The notes below the pieces were generated by a model. It was given only the letters and a program-made list of their open reading frames with translations, was not told the origin of the DNA and did no database searches. The translations under genes and the position numbers were made by a program. From Entomortierella parvispora E1425 (taxonomy: Eukaryota > Fungi > Mortierellomycota), in the NCBI GenBank assembly GCA_020891255.1, contig BQFW01000007.1:2294001-2358000 (forward strand): DNA of 64,000 bases. Reading direction: 5' to 3'. Shown piece after piece: positions 38,801-52,300 of this stretch (within the stretch, counting starts at the first letter, position 1; the number at the start of each line of letters is the position of its first letter).

Positions 38801-41453
38801 CTTCGTCCTCGGCTACTTCCGCCATGAAACTATCGTCGTCATCGATCATGTCACCCTGGTCAAGAACGTCGATGTCATCCTCAAGGTAAGCCAACTCGAC
38901 AATATCAACATCCTTAGATGAAAGATCTTGAGCTGAATCCTTATTATCGTTCTTTTCACCATTTCTCTTGACCTTGCCAAGGGTAACACTGATCAAATCG
39001 AGAACATTCTTGACCCGGATGAGGCGAGATTGTCTCTGACTCAAATCAGAGGGGTCCCGTAAAACCAGCGTCGAGTTGACCCACTCTGCCATACAGCTAT
39101 CGATAGCTAGATCCAGCTGCATGAATAGTCTCTTGTAAGATCGACGATGAGCCTTCAAAAGCACATGGGGTTTGCTCCGGTTCTCGCCGATTGTTGACTC
39201 CTTCTGCTCAGCGTACTTCTTTTTCTGGTCACGGTAGGTCTGCTCCCCAACCGGGCGGAGGTGAACTCGCAGGAGATTTCGGACCAGCGCTCTTTTTAGG
39301 CTGATGTACATCGTTGACTTCCATATGTTGCTAAAGTTGGTAGCCATGGCGCGAAGATACTCTGGTCTTGATTGTGACATGCCTTTTGGGCATGTGGCTC
39401 TCGCAATGTAATCAGGGTCGTCCTTGCATGTTTCTCTGACTACCGTTGCCAACTCATTCCAAATAGGATGGGCCAGAGGGGTCGGGGGTTGGGGATCGTC
39501 ATAAGATGCTCGCTGACGCTTGGATCCTATCGGCAAGGATGATCCTTCAGCCTCGTCCTCCTGCTCGTCATCTCCATCGCCCTCCTCATCCTGTTCAAGA
39601 TCATTGCTCGCGTCATCGACATGGTCTTCCTTGTCACCGGCGCCTTGCTTCAGCCGCTTGTTCGATGCACGCTTTTCCGGGATGTTGTTGACAAGGCGGG
39701 CCGCGATGTACTGAATGCAATCCTGGGATAACAGGCCGTGCATATCCTTTTCTTCAGCCGTTCGGACAGCATCCTCGTCGCAGATTATTTTCATCTTTCT
39801 TTGAAAATCGTCAGACACTGGAGCGGCACGGATGATAGGGTTCTTTGAAAGACGGGTATCTCGTATTTCGAAGGCATCCGGAAGAATCGTGACGATATTA
39901 AAGTCCTCATGACCGCCTCCCTCTGGATGATAACGACCTTGAATGACCTACAAGCAGTAAGCTGGGTTAAAATCAAGCTTTTCTCTACCAAATGCCTAGT
40001 ATCAAATTCTGTCTCGACCACTAACCTTGAGTTGCGCCATCATCATTGCTGTCTGGATCTCTGCAATATGAGCCGACATTTTCTCCTGTTTGCTATTCAG
40101 CAGATCCTTTATGGTGGATTTGTCATCGCTCGAAAAGTCCTTCCGTAGGACACTGTTTAGTGGGACAGAAACCACGCGGAGTTGTTTTCCAGGGGTCTTC
40201 TCCTTGGTCTCCTTTGTGAGTTTGCCGGATTCGGATCGATGTTTCACGACGGCCTCATCCCAGAGTTGGTCAAAGTGGCTCTCGACAGTTTCGTGGTACA
40301 CTTGGCAGGCCGTCCAATCCTTTCCGGCTTGTCTTTTCATCTTAGCTGAAACGTCAGCCGCTTCCCAGGATCCTATGCTCATGTCGTGGTGGCGTTCTAT
40401 GACGGGCATGGCTTTTTTTAGGACATCTCTGGGTAACTTCCATCGGTCAAGTTGAGCCCTCTTGAGCATGCAGTGCTTTTTTGCCAAGTCCACGGGTTTT
40501 TTGGATTTGAGATGCGCTTCGACCTCTTTTTCACCAGATGACTTCAAAAACAGCAGGCTATTTTGAAGAGAAAACACGTTATTGCATGTCCCCGTGAGGA
40601 AGAAACGTGCTCACTATACCACGTTATTCTCGGAATTACCACTGTCGTCGTAGTTCGGGCAATGCAACCTGCATGTCGACGGTTGCCGGGTATCCTCTGC
40701 TTTCAGATGACTTCTTGGAATCTCTGAAGATGGCAAGATCAGTAGGCAGCGGGCTCTGGATCATGGATGACGGCCTTGGAGGACTTGGCGGAATGGTGGA
40801 GCAAGGTAGAGGCACATACGTTACGATGCCTTCATAGGAGTTGGCCGCATGCAGGATGCCAATGTGGAGACGAGATAGCCCTGCCGGACGGTAAACTTGG
40901 GTTGCGCAACGTGTTGATAATATGACGATTGTTGTCTCGAGGAGATAGGATAGACGGGACAGCAATAGCTTTGTTGTAGGAAGGCGAAAAGACTGTTCTC
41001 CGACCGTAATGCTGAACTTTGATTCAACAGAACCGTTCAACACCTTTGAGATAGTGGAAGCAAGAGATATAGGTCCGTCGTTTCCCTGAACGATAATGCC
41101 GTATACTTTTTGCAGGACCTGCAATGTTAGGTCTATATTCTCGTTTCGAGGCAAGGTCGACGGTTCCTCGGAAACCTTTTCCAGACGATGCAGGAATTCC
41201 AAGTCCGTTGGTTCGCTTTCCAGAACTTTGCGCGCATCTTGTACAATATTGCTGTCATCCTTGAAGCTAATGATGAGCTGTATGGAATGTATTGGTCATT
41301 AGCATTCCATGCATTGCTTGCATTCCATTAATGACTGAAATGAATGAGCAAAAGTACCCGTGTACTAGAGTCCGAGATGTTTATATCATTCATAGTGACA
41401 TCCATGGGGCTTTCATTCAGCCTGGCATCGTAGTTGTCGTTTTCGCTTTGCAT
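35843..41453 (-). pseudogene. giant Fanzor1-type (TnpB-derived) RNA-guided endonuclease gene, 7 exons, ~1,700 codons, with one nonsense codon and one frameshift
   Basis: Exons 41453-41358, 41277-40640, 40557-40026, 39947-38726, 38639-38063, 37980-36636 and 36543-35843; all introns are GT-AG and phase-compatible. RuvC-I GGTDPG (D at 37147-37149), GAAGMGVGSRLKG, RuvC-II TNENNTSK (E at 36257-36259), Zn-finger CPFC...CTNPEC and RuvC-III RDANAALNI (D at 36089-36091). In-frame TAA at 37755-37757; 1-nt deficit near 37451. Confidence 0.88.
35885..36010 (-). ncRNA. candidate omegaRNA scaffold overlapping the Fanzor 3' end
   Basis: Expected position for Fanzor/TnpB guide RNAs. Cluster of stems: GCGACC-tt-GGTCGC, TCGG..CCGA, CATCC-aacc-GGATG, AATTC/GAATT and GCAAG/CTTGC. 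Boundaries unknown. Confidence 0.4.
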
Positions 41454-42184
41454 GATCGAAGTTCTGTGGAGCAGGGTGGCGACAAGACGAATGGCAAAAG
41501 AGGCAAATAGTCCTTGATGCTGTGCGCGTGCATGGCTTTCTGTCAAACGCGATATACAGCAGCGCGTCTCGCCAGATTTTCAACTCACGTGATCTGAACG
41601 GTCGGTTTTGATACAGTGGTAGTTGACCTTTTGATGCAGTAATCGTAGTCAAAAGGCGCTCTTGGAGGTGCCAGCGGCTCCGAGAATTCCTGTCCCAAGC
41701 CCAAGAGTTGGAAGAGACGACCCGGCGACTCTTAAGTCATTCTGTCGAGATCAAGACCACTCTGTTGGTCGCTCGAGCCTGACGCTCGAAATAATTGCGC
41801 ATTTTTTTTTTGTCCTTCCCGGGTTCTCCTGAAGCTTTTCTCGCCTGCTCGTGTGGAACTAGTGTCCGTATAGCAGAAGCAGCAGCGATGAAATGGTAGG
41901 AAAGAAGTATGTGGCGAAGACAACTTTCCCCTATCTCTCGCCCATTGCACCTTTTTATACCAGAGTTGCGGTGGCTTGGAGGCAAATCCACGACAACGGT
42001 GTCGACTCCTTCAAAACTATCACCCGGCACTCACGAAATCCTTTCTTTCCGATACCAAGAAGCTATGATTAGCATCCGCCACTTGGATGATTGCATTGGT
42101 AGCGGAATAGTATAAAAACGAAGAAACAATGAATCAGGTTCCTCAAGACACTTGCCCACGATATCAACGTACACTCCCTCCAAA

Positions 42185-42790
42185 AGGATGCTATAGTCGC
42201 CTATCTTGACCTAGTCGGCAGTTTCTCTCACGACGTAAGTAGATCTTGAAGCAAAACGACATCGTCTTCTCTATACCATACTAACGTGACAGTGTACAGT
42301 ATGCTTAAGGAACAATCGCAGATGTGTTTGAAGCAGTGGAGCGTGGCCGCTGTCAATATGGTGTCGTACCCTTTGGGAACTCAACTGCTAGATCAGTTGT
42401 CCGTACCTTGAACAAGTTCGTAAAATCCAAGGTCAAGATCAGAGCCGAGACGCACCTCCTTGTTCAACACTACCTCCTTTCCAAAAGCAACATTGAGTCT
42501 ATTCGTCGGGTATACTCCTATCCTGTAAGTCAATATATAGGTGCACATCGTATTCCTGTTCATATGGACGACTTACTTCTAGTCACTAACTGTTCTCATA
42601 ATGGCCTTGGTTCAGTGTCAGACTTTCTTGAACAGCCGATTGAAGGGTATTGAGCTTGTTCCCTGTGCTTCAACCTCAGAAGCTGCCCAACTCACATCCA
42701 AGGAAAAGTTTGCTACCGCCATCTGTAATCGCGTCTGTGCCGAGATTTATGGACTAGACGTTCTTCATGCTGACGTTGAGGACTAGCAAT
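42185..42790 (+). pseudogene. degenerate, truncated prephenate dehydratase (PHA2-like)
   Basis: IVAYLDLVGSFSH (canonical VAYLGPxGTFS), DVFEAVERGRCQYGVVPFGNST (ENS changed to GNS), VYSYP, ALVQCQTFL, STSEAAQ and AAIC-like TAICNRVCAEIYGL. In-frame TAA before GTIADVF and TAG after ADVED. No NxTRF motif and no ACT domain. Confidence 0.8.
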
Positions 42791-43337
42791 GTAAGATCGG
42801 CTCTTCGAAACCTGAGTCTTGTAACCAGAGTGTTTTGTGTTTCAAGAGCCAACACAGAACGCTTGCGATCAATATAGACAACACCATTATTTCGGGTGCA
42901 TCGGATGCCCCTGCAGCCAATGCATTTTTTTTATTCTAAGAGCGTTCTTGTTGCGGTATTGGTGTGTCAAGAATACTGAGATCAGTTTTTATTGATCGTG
43001 ATCGAAAAGTTAAGGGCTTTAGATAACCTGCACCGTACATATTCGATGTCGAAACAAGGGCGGCATGAATGCATTTGCTCACATGCGAGTGCGACCATCC
43101 TCCCTTTCTTTCTCTCTTTCTTCATTGCATCTCTGTCTCTCTCTTTCTCCCCCTTCTCGCCCTGCCTCTTGTTCTTTCTACTCTCCTTCGCCAATCTCTT
43201 TTTTTGCTCTTCTTCCCCATTCTTCTAATCCCCTCCTTATGACCGCCTAATTCCGCCGCAAGTACCACAGCAACTTTTCCACAACTCACCAACAGTAGCT
43301 CGTTTGCAACAAAGCTGCCTCCTTCACTGGGATCATC

Positions 43338-46300
43338 ATGGCCGGAAGCAACATCAATCTGGTCGACTACAACCAAACCACTGCATTCTGGTCATTCCTG
43401 ATCTACTGCTTGGTTGTCATCTTTGTGGCCGTCTTCTTCCTTTTCTACTCTAGCAGGGTGTTTGCCCAAGTCGTTTCCAAGCTGATCCGTTGGTTTACTT
43501 GGAAGCACTTCAAGGCATACATTGAGTTTGGTATGACCTCTCCAAGATGTTGCATTGCTCCACAGATACCCGATAGTACGATGCTAGTAGACGACTAATA
43601 TCCTTCCAACTATAGAATCGTTACAGATCGCACCACTGGGCGGGAGGATCCTTTTCAAAAACTTAAGATACCAATCAAGGAACCAGTCCATCACCGTTCT
43701 TCATGGATACATATCATTCAGATATTGGCTCTGGAATGTGAGGACCGAAGATGATCCCATTCCTGAAGACTCGACCTCAAAGGAGACGGGTGTGGGTAGG
43801 AACACGAAGCAATCAAACCGAACAAACGCGAGGCACTGAATTGAGGATCGTGACTGATCGGAGCTTGTTCTTTTAAAACAGGAATGAACGACAAGGACAA
43901 TTGCCGTATTACCTGTCACCTTGTTGGTCTTGAGTGGTTCATGTATAACAGGACGCCAGCGTATGATGTGCTTGCCACAACTTTGGGGTTGAACCCTGAC
44001 GCGTCACCTTTCGAGACCAATCCCGATAATCCGAACCCGAGTGTTTCGGGTACGTGTCTGGAAATGAGATCGGATAGATATCGCCCAGGAATGTTGTCTA
44101 ATTCTTTTTTTCTTTCTCATGGATCAGTCAACATGAATGAAGCGAGCCAGGATGATGGATCTGCTGACAGTTGGTTTAGAAGATGTCTCCCTGTCAAGAT
44201 TGACTGCGAGACAGGGGCTATTATCATGGGAAATGCCCACCTTCCATCTTTGCTTGTGGCCTCATTCCCTCATGCACATAGCATGTACTCTGCGACCAAG
44301 GTTAGTCCCAATGAGTTGTATTTCGATTTTGTCCGCAAGTTTCCTCATTCACCAACATACTCTACATCGATGTACTAGACGAGGTCTTCATTAGACAAGT
44401 ACAAAACAGTGCTTTTGGTCACCTTTGAGACTCCCTCTATTGACTTGAGACCAAATGCGGATTACAACACTGCCATCATTGGCAGGAATATGGGCGATAT
44501 ACCGGATATTTCAAGACTGTACGTCGTACCTCTGCTACCACTTCCATATAGTAGTGCGAGTTCCTTCTTTGTTCTCTGTCTTTAACTTCTCTTTGGCATC
44601 ACTTGAAATTAGACCGCCAGCCCGGCCCACTAGAGTCCAGCGATTCACACGGCCTATCAAGGCACTTTGGACTAAATACTTTGGAGTCAGCAAAAAAGTC
44701 GCAGAGGAGTGGCATGGACTGCCACGGTATAACCAAAATATTTCGCTCGAGAGTATCAAAGACACTCAATTCCACGAATACGCCATGGTCCGTAATGTGC
44801 TACAATGCAATGAACTAGGATTGCGGTATTATACGGACATTGCTGGTAAGTACTTTTTCCAATTCAGATCGGTAACCATACCATGGGTTAATATGAGGCA
44901 TTAACTAGAGTAAACTTTTCGCAGGCAAGGTCCCTGAGCCGTCACAGCATGGTCCTGACGCGGATGTCGATCTTCCACCAGAGTGGGGAATCGAGCTGAT
45001 AGTTGACGAGGCCGTAATATCATATGGACCATGGGCAGATCGCCAGAGAACTGAGATCCAAAACTTTTACTTTCCCAACTCATATCGGAGTCAGACGGAG
45101 ACACCTGAAGCGCAGCCTGGAGAAGATCGTATTCATGCGGCGTTGCACATGACGGTTACATTCAGCTCTTCTGTTACATTCAAGATTCCAACACAGGAGA
45201 AATCCAAGGTACAGAGCGGTTAATAATTTCGTCCGTACAGCAACAGCCCCCGCATTGATTGCTACGGTATCTTGTTGACATCAACTAACCTGTCAGTTCA
45301 CCCATATATAGGATTGGAAATACAATGACCCAGAGTTTCAAGCAGTTCAGGGAGGAAAATCCATGCGACCATTCGGATGGCTTGAACTCAAGGCAACGGA
45401 TGGGTCTATGGTCTCGGTAGACATACCAATGATTTACGGCCCAGACGGCTATAAGAACACTGTTCAGGTTGACTTACTAAATCTGACAATCACTTCAAGC
45501 GTAAATTACGCTTCTGTCATCACTCACAAGGAGTTCAATGTAAGCTCTTGAAGTTGTTCAAGCGAGTCGCCTTCACAAGATTCAGCGATGTACTCATTCT
45601 CTATCATGCAATTAGATGTCCTGTGAATTGAACAATCCACTGATATGGAATGAGCAAAGGAATTGGGACTTCAAGTTCTCTATGGATTCACCAAAGATTT
45701 ACCTGCTGCGTGATCATATCACTCTCATCCAAGATCTGACGAAAGACTGGACATCTGGTCCTTCTGTCTATATGGCCTACTTTGTACCGTTCAAATATGA
45801 TTTTGACATCAAGTTGCCTAATTTCCAGCTGTACACATACGTGAATGAGCACAATATCATCAACGAGCCTACGGAACTGGATGAAAATGGTAAGCTACTT
45901 GTTTGATGATTTATGGTTAGATGTCCAAGTTTTTTAACCCTACAAATCGACTTCCCCAGCCTTCATTATCGCAGCAGGCAAGAGCTTGGATTGCCACGTA
46001 GTGCTCCCTTTCGTCGAATACAATCCGGAGATCACGTCCATCACGTTTGATGTTGAGGTATTTCGCGTGCTGTGTATATATCGAGTGAGCAGATGATAAT
46101 TACTCTTGAGTACTCACCACTCGCATCCCCTTATAGATTCGAGATGGAGGACTGGAGATTCAGCTGCCCCTTGCCCATACCCTCGGTGAATTTTCGACAG
46201 CCGACTCCAAAAACTTTGCTGTAATCCCATCGGTTGTCATCAATGGAACATATGACTACTATGGATTTGTGGATCCTAGTCATATCGAGTCCTTGAACTT

Positions 46301-49300
46301 GGATGTCAAAGGACAAGGAGTAACTGTCAAACTTTTTGGAAACGTTATTCGCTATGTGCTTATTCTCATGGACAACTATGCAGGATTATATATCAACTTT
46401 GTGACGATGGAGGAGTATCGTTTGAAACGCACCGATCCTCCCGGGGCAGAAAAAGCCGAGTGGAAGCAGGCCAATTCCAAGGTATGCAATCATCTATTAT
46501 TATTATTATATTATTATTACTATCTATTGGCGCTAGCTGACCACGCATTGCCTGTGTTTCATAGCCGCCTAGCGACCCTTTTGAGGTGTATGTGCACTTC
46601 ATCACCACGGATACTACGCTGATTTTGCCAGAAAACCTTTACAGTTGCGAGAACTATTCTGAAATCACATGTGCTGAGTTGCAGCTTGATCTCAGGAACT
46701 TGGACGTTTACATGGGTTAGTCCATCTACTCGATGTCCCCATGTTTTACTTTTTTTTCGGTGTGTGCTGTGTTGATATCTATTTAACATATATGAATACT
46801 CTAGATATGCATGTCAATGTCAGCCCTTTGACTTGGAGTAGGCAGGTTGTAAAGCCCTCCAATTTCGGAACCAAGATGTCTCAAGGTGACCAGAATTATC
46901 TCTTTATCGATGGTAAGTTTGGCAAGACATCAATTGTATATTCTCAAATGAACAACATAACCTCATGGCATTTTATGATCTCTCCGTCTTTAGGAATATC
47001 AATCTACGCTCACCGGCTGTTCGGACCACTTCCAAAAACGACCACATATGTTGCAAACTGGACTCTGGATATTGGATCCATTTATGGACAAATCAAACCA
47101 TCCTTCCTGCTTGGGGTGTCATCGTTCGCAAAGGCCTTTGCATACAACTTGGTTGATGGCGACAATGCATTTCCTCCTGAATATGCCACCGTCACCCCTC
47201 CCGATATCACCTTCGTGGACCTGAGTGTCAAGGAGATCGATGTTTCCATTCGAGGCGAGGACGTTGTTAGTCAGATCTTGCTCAAGGACGGTATTATTGT
47301 TCACTTTGACGATGTCATAAATGAGCGATATATCGGCCGAGTGGTCTTGAAGATGCAATCACTTATCGTGCGCTCCATGGCCTTGACTCAAGCGAGCAGT
47401 GACGAAATTAATGGAGACACTGAAAGCGTAAGTCAAACTGGAGAGGAATGGACTGATCTGCCAGCAACTAACTTCCTCGGGCTTTTCTTTGTCTTCTCTC
47501 TCCTAGAATGATCAAGCTCCGTGGGTAGAGATAGCGAGCTTGAATTGCGCGTTCGATGTCACCGTATATATTGGGGCAGGAGATTGGAAGGAGCGTCGGG
47601 AGAAGCAACAAAATTTTGTCCGAGAACAGGATCGTGAGACTCTGCGCTGTCCTTATATCTACGCGAGAAAAGGCTATGGAGCCCATAACCATCGTGAGTA
47701 GTCAACACATGAGTGGCAAGCAGAGTGTACCCAGGTTAAACTTTAGATTCTGACAACTTTTCGTTCCTCTACAGCTCCTCGCCATCCTAATCTGAAGGAC
47801 AACCATTTCGGGACGCTTTATGTTCCCCCTTTGACATCAGATCTTGCTGGTAAGTTCCATGACTCTCACCATCCTATCAATAACCAGAACTTTAGACTTA
47901 CCTGATGTTACCAACGTGTAGCGATGAGAGGGGATTCGATCAAGAGCGCTAATTCTATTGTGGAGTTCGCGAGCGATAACGGGTCAATGATTGAGATCGT
48001 GTCCAGCTCCAGTTCTTCCTTGAATGAGGGCCAACGACTTTCCGCACAGAGGTAAACGCCAGAGTTTCCCATGAGGTATACAGAATGAAAACTTTGACTA
48101 ATAAGCCAACGCGATTATTATGATTGCACACAGATCTCTATCATCGTTTTCAGTAGGAACGTCAATTGCTGGAGACAGTGAGAGTGAAATTAGTGATGAC
48201 GATTCTATTAGACAAGTGGATATAGACTCTGACCTAGAGCCGCGATACTCCAGCGACGGCGAATCCGCTGATGAATTTGAATATGCTGACGACTTTGAAG
48301 GTACAGTCGGTACAGTTGATTGAGCCACAGCAGCCATGGATGTTGTCATCTGTTGACTAACATGCTTATCCATGTGTAGATGAAAACAACCAAGAGTTCA
48401 AAAATACGCCGTCATTCCCATTAAGGACTATCCCATACAGCAGCTATCTCAAACGCTATGCTGTGTCTGCGACGCGATTCGGATGGAACCGCCATCCTTA
48501 TATGCCTCCACCGAGAGTTATCTTTTCTCAGGCTCGCGTATGTATTTTTTTTTTTTTATTCTTTTTTTATTTCTCTACACTATAATGTACAACAACTTGC
48601 ACTAACACACTTAAACACTTTTGTGGTGAATGTAGACTGGTGATACGCTGGAAGACGTCCCCAGATACCATAGTCAGGCTAATTTCGAGGAGGCTTTTGG
48701 CACGACTGGATGCAGTGAACCTCATGTCTCATCTGCGCAACCCAAAGGCCAGGAGACCTCCGATGAAAAGAGGACAACAATTATCGTAGAGGCGACTCAG
48801 GATGTCAAAATTTTACTTACACCAATCCTTCTCAAGATCATCCAAGAATTTTTGGAGGCTATAAACGCCGAGGTAAGCTTGGGGTGGCTGATCAAGAGGC
48901 GAAGTACTCGTGGTTCAACGCGGCAATGGAAACTTACTTCACATCCCTTTTATAGGAATGGGACTTGGAGACGATGTTGGATGTCACACAGATGGAGTAC
49001 GTGGAGCTTTTGACACGGATGCAACCCAGCAAACTGCACTCGCAACAGTTCGTCATCAACATACCTCGGGTCCATCTTCGATTCATTCAGGATGTGATGA
49101 TGCCGGATGCACTGAACGGAGTCGATGATATCAACATCATCAAGACACGCTATGAGCTCTCTGGTGCCAACCTGTGTGCCATTGATATCGTCCTCGATGA
49201 CGCTGCCATCATTGCGGCTGTCAAATATGAGGATGAGGAGTTTGAAAAGTTTGTCCCGGGAAAAATCCACATCGCGTCTTTCAAGGTGGTCGAGTCTAGA

Positions 49301-52300
49301 GCAAATGTGGACTTTTCGAAATTCAAACTTAACGCTCGGTTCGTCTCGACATCAGCGGAGGCTGAGCGGATCTTTGGTATCCCAGATGCTCGCCACCAGT
49401 TTTCACGTCTCGGAATCAACCATCTGTCTTACCTCAAAGAGCCAGTGATTGCCGACATCACTTTTGAAAGGTTCAAGTTGCGACTCGTTCGGTCTTCGAA
49501 TCCGAACCACTTCTCGGCCAACTTGGAGAAGTTTTCAGTCATGTTTATCAGTCAGTCTGCAGAAATTGTTGCTGGCTCGATTTGCTCTTGGCTGACGTTC
49601 CTCAAGGATCTCGGGACGATTCTAAAAAGGTTTCAACTTCGTCGATCGAAGCAGCTTCAGACCCTTTTCTCGGAGATTGCTCGATTTTCTGCCCAGCGAG
49701 CCATTAACACCGATCCTGTGTTTTTGACAAGGCCCTCAACGACACTGCGATTGGGAACTATGTTCTACCGTAACGATGATGGTTGGAAGCTTCTGGCCCA
49801 TATTCGGCATTGTATGCGATTGATGCCTCCAGCACTGAAAATGACTCTTCAAGGTGCGCTCAAAAAGCCTGAGCTAGAGTCGTACAGCACCGATACCATG
49901 TACGATATCGTCATTTCTGTATTTTCCAATTGGAGGAGCTGGGAAATGGACGACCTTCGCAAGTGTAGGCTCTTCTCGGATGTCTTTGAGAGGAGGCGGA
50001 TGGCAAGCACAGATGATTTGGCCCCCAAGAAAGACTCCTGGATATACGACATGCTGCGCTACTCTGTCAACTCTATGCAATTGAGTCTGGGCGAACTTGA
50101 GGCCGCGATCTATGATGAGCAGATGGACAACAGCATGAAGCTCACGGACCTAGAATTCACATTCGAGTCTCGATACAAGCCCGACGTGTTGACCCAAACT
50201 GGACTTTACCCCGATGCTCCGATCACAGGCGAACAGGATCGTCTTACAACAGGCTTTTTGGATATTGCCGTGAAGACAGGGCTCAAGAGTGCCGTTGTCG
50301 ATATAAATCCAGTCATTATCGCCTTTACGCGTCATATTCTGCGAATTGAGCGCATCTTCACGCCTCAGTTCAGCAAGATATTGGAGTCTACGAACGAAAA
50401 ACGGCAAGCCGAAATTCGAAAGTCCTTGGAGAGTAAGTACCATTGTACAATAGATCATTTCCAATTATTTTTCCGCTTCTCGTCTCGTTATTAACATGAA
50501 TATATGATTTAGACCCATCATCGCCTCGGCAATCGTTCCAGCTATCGCGCGAAGTTGCCGGATCAGTGGGGCACGATTTAGAGCCAACACTCTTGCAGGA
50601 ACTGGATAAATTCGACATTGTTTTCAACGGCATGGCGGTGGTGGAGACTATCAAAATCACTTTGACAGCCCACAATCTGACGGCCCAGGTCATATTTTCT
50701 CAGATCCAGATCTCTGCTCTCAACTTTGCCAAGCAGAGGATGGCTCCGAACATGGATATGGAAGGGCTGTCTATTGCAAGGAGCTCAGGATCGAACCCTG
50801 ACGGATCGTCCGCTGCAAGGTCGGGATTCAACAAGCTGATTGCTTCCGTGGCCACCAACATCAGCAGTATCACCTCCACGCTCAAAGAGCGCGTGTACCT
50901 CAAAGAAAACTCGACCAAGGACCCTACGAAAGCTCTTCTGAGTGTCGGAATCATTGGTATCAACTCGGAGGCAACCCTCAGTCAGTTCACGCCGCCAAAA
51001 AGAGCCAAGCAATCCAAAGCAAGCGTTCCTCGAGAAGTGATCAACCTGCTGGTCACCTTCAAACAGATTCAAATCGTACTCCCTCGCAGCATCTTGAAGC
51101 TCTATCTTTTCGCCAAGGACTGGCGCGAGGAGAACTTGCAGAGTTTCGACTTTTTATTCCAGGGAGTCATGAATGAGTGGGAGGCAGACCGAAAGAAGCA
51201 GCCCAAGACCGTGATACCATCAACTCCTAGAGAGTTGAAGGTCCAGGTTGTTCTAAAATCTCTTGTATTGGAGTCGCAAATGCTGCCGTCCCTCAAGTTC
51301 ATGTACGATGCTGGAGATTTGATGATCATGCTTCACGACATCCCACCTGGATTGCCGTTTTCTGTCCCGCAACTGACATACACGGCCCAGCTCATGCGTC
51401 AGTCAGTCGATTTCAGGACTGTACTAAAGACCAAAGGGGTGGATTCACGACTTCAGGAAGATCGGAGTACAGCCAGCTTCATGCTGCCTGTCATTCGTGC
51501 TTCTGGTAGTGTCATGAATGTTGTTGACACTGCCTCTCCTGCAAGGACGCGCCGATCTTCTATTACAGCATTGGCCCGAGGACAGCATCATCCGAAGAGA
51601 CTTGAATCCTCAGTCTCATTCGACTTTGTGGAGATGACGTTGAACGTCAATATGTTGGATCATATCTTGACGGCCCAATCACTTCTTGGAGCTGAAATGA
51701 ACGAACTTATTGACATCTTCACTAAAGGCTCAAAGGTCACACCTTCTGTTGCCTCTCCCAAGGCAGCTTCATTATCAGCATCCCCAGGACTCCTCTATTC
51801 TGTCAAAGTTTCGCTTGTTGGACTCAGTATTGCCGCTGAGAGTCCATCCGCTATTTTGTACTTTGAGTCGGATTTGCTGAAGGGCATCATTACCAACAAT
51901 CCCAACCCTACACCCGTGACGCCGTTCCCGTCTGATATTGTGAGGAGTAGGCTTGCTTGGAGACTGTATGCCCAAAGCATCACTTTGTCGCTGAACCACA
52001 ATGCAGGAAATATTCGACACGGCTCCCGGGCTGAAGACATTCGAGCGCGAAAGTTGAGACTTGCCTACATCACCATCAATCTCAACGTACAGAACTTCAG
52101 CCCTGTCACTTCGGACAAGAATCGCTTCGCACAAACACCTGTCAGCTCGTTTTACGTCAGCTTCCTCAAGGTCCACGCGCTCATGCAGCCGCAGTCTGTT
52201 AGCAAGATGATTGGACTTTATTCTTACTATACCCATGAATTACAGCGTCGAAAGGAACTCAAAGCATCCGATATGGCCAAGCTGGCGGACAACACGAAAC

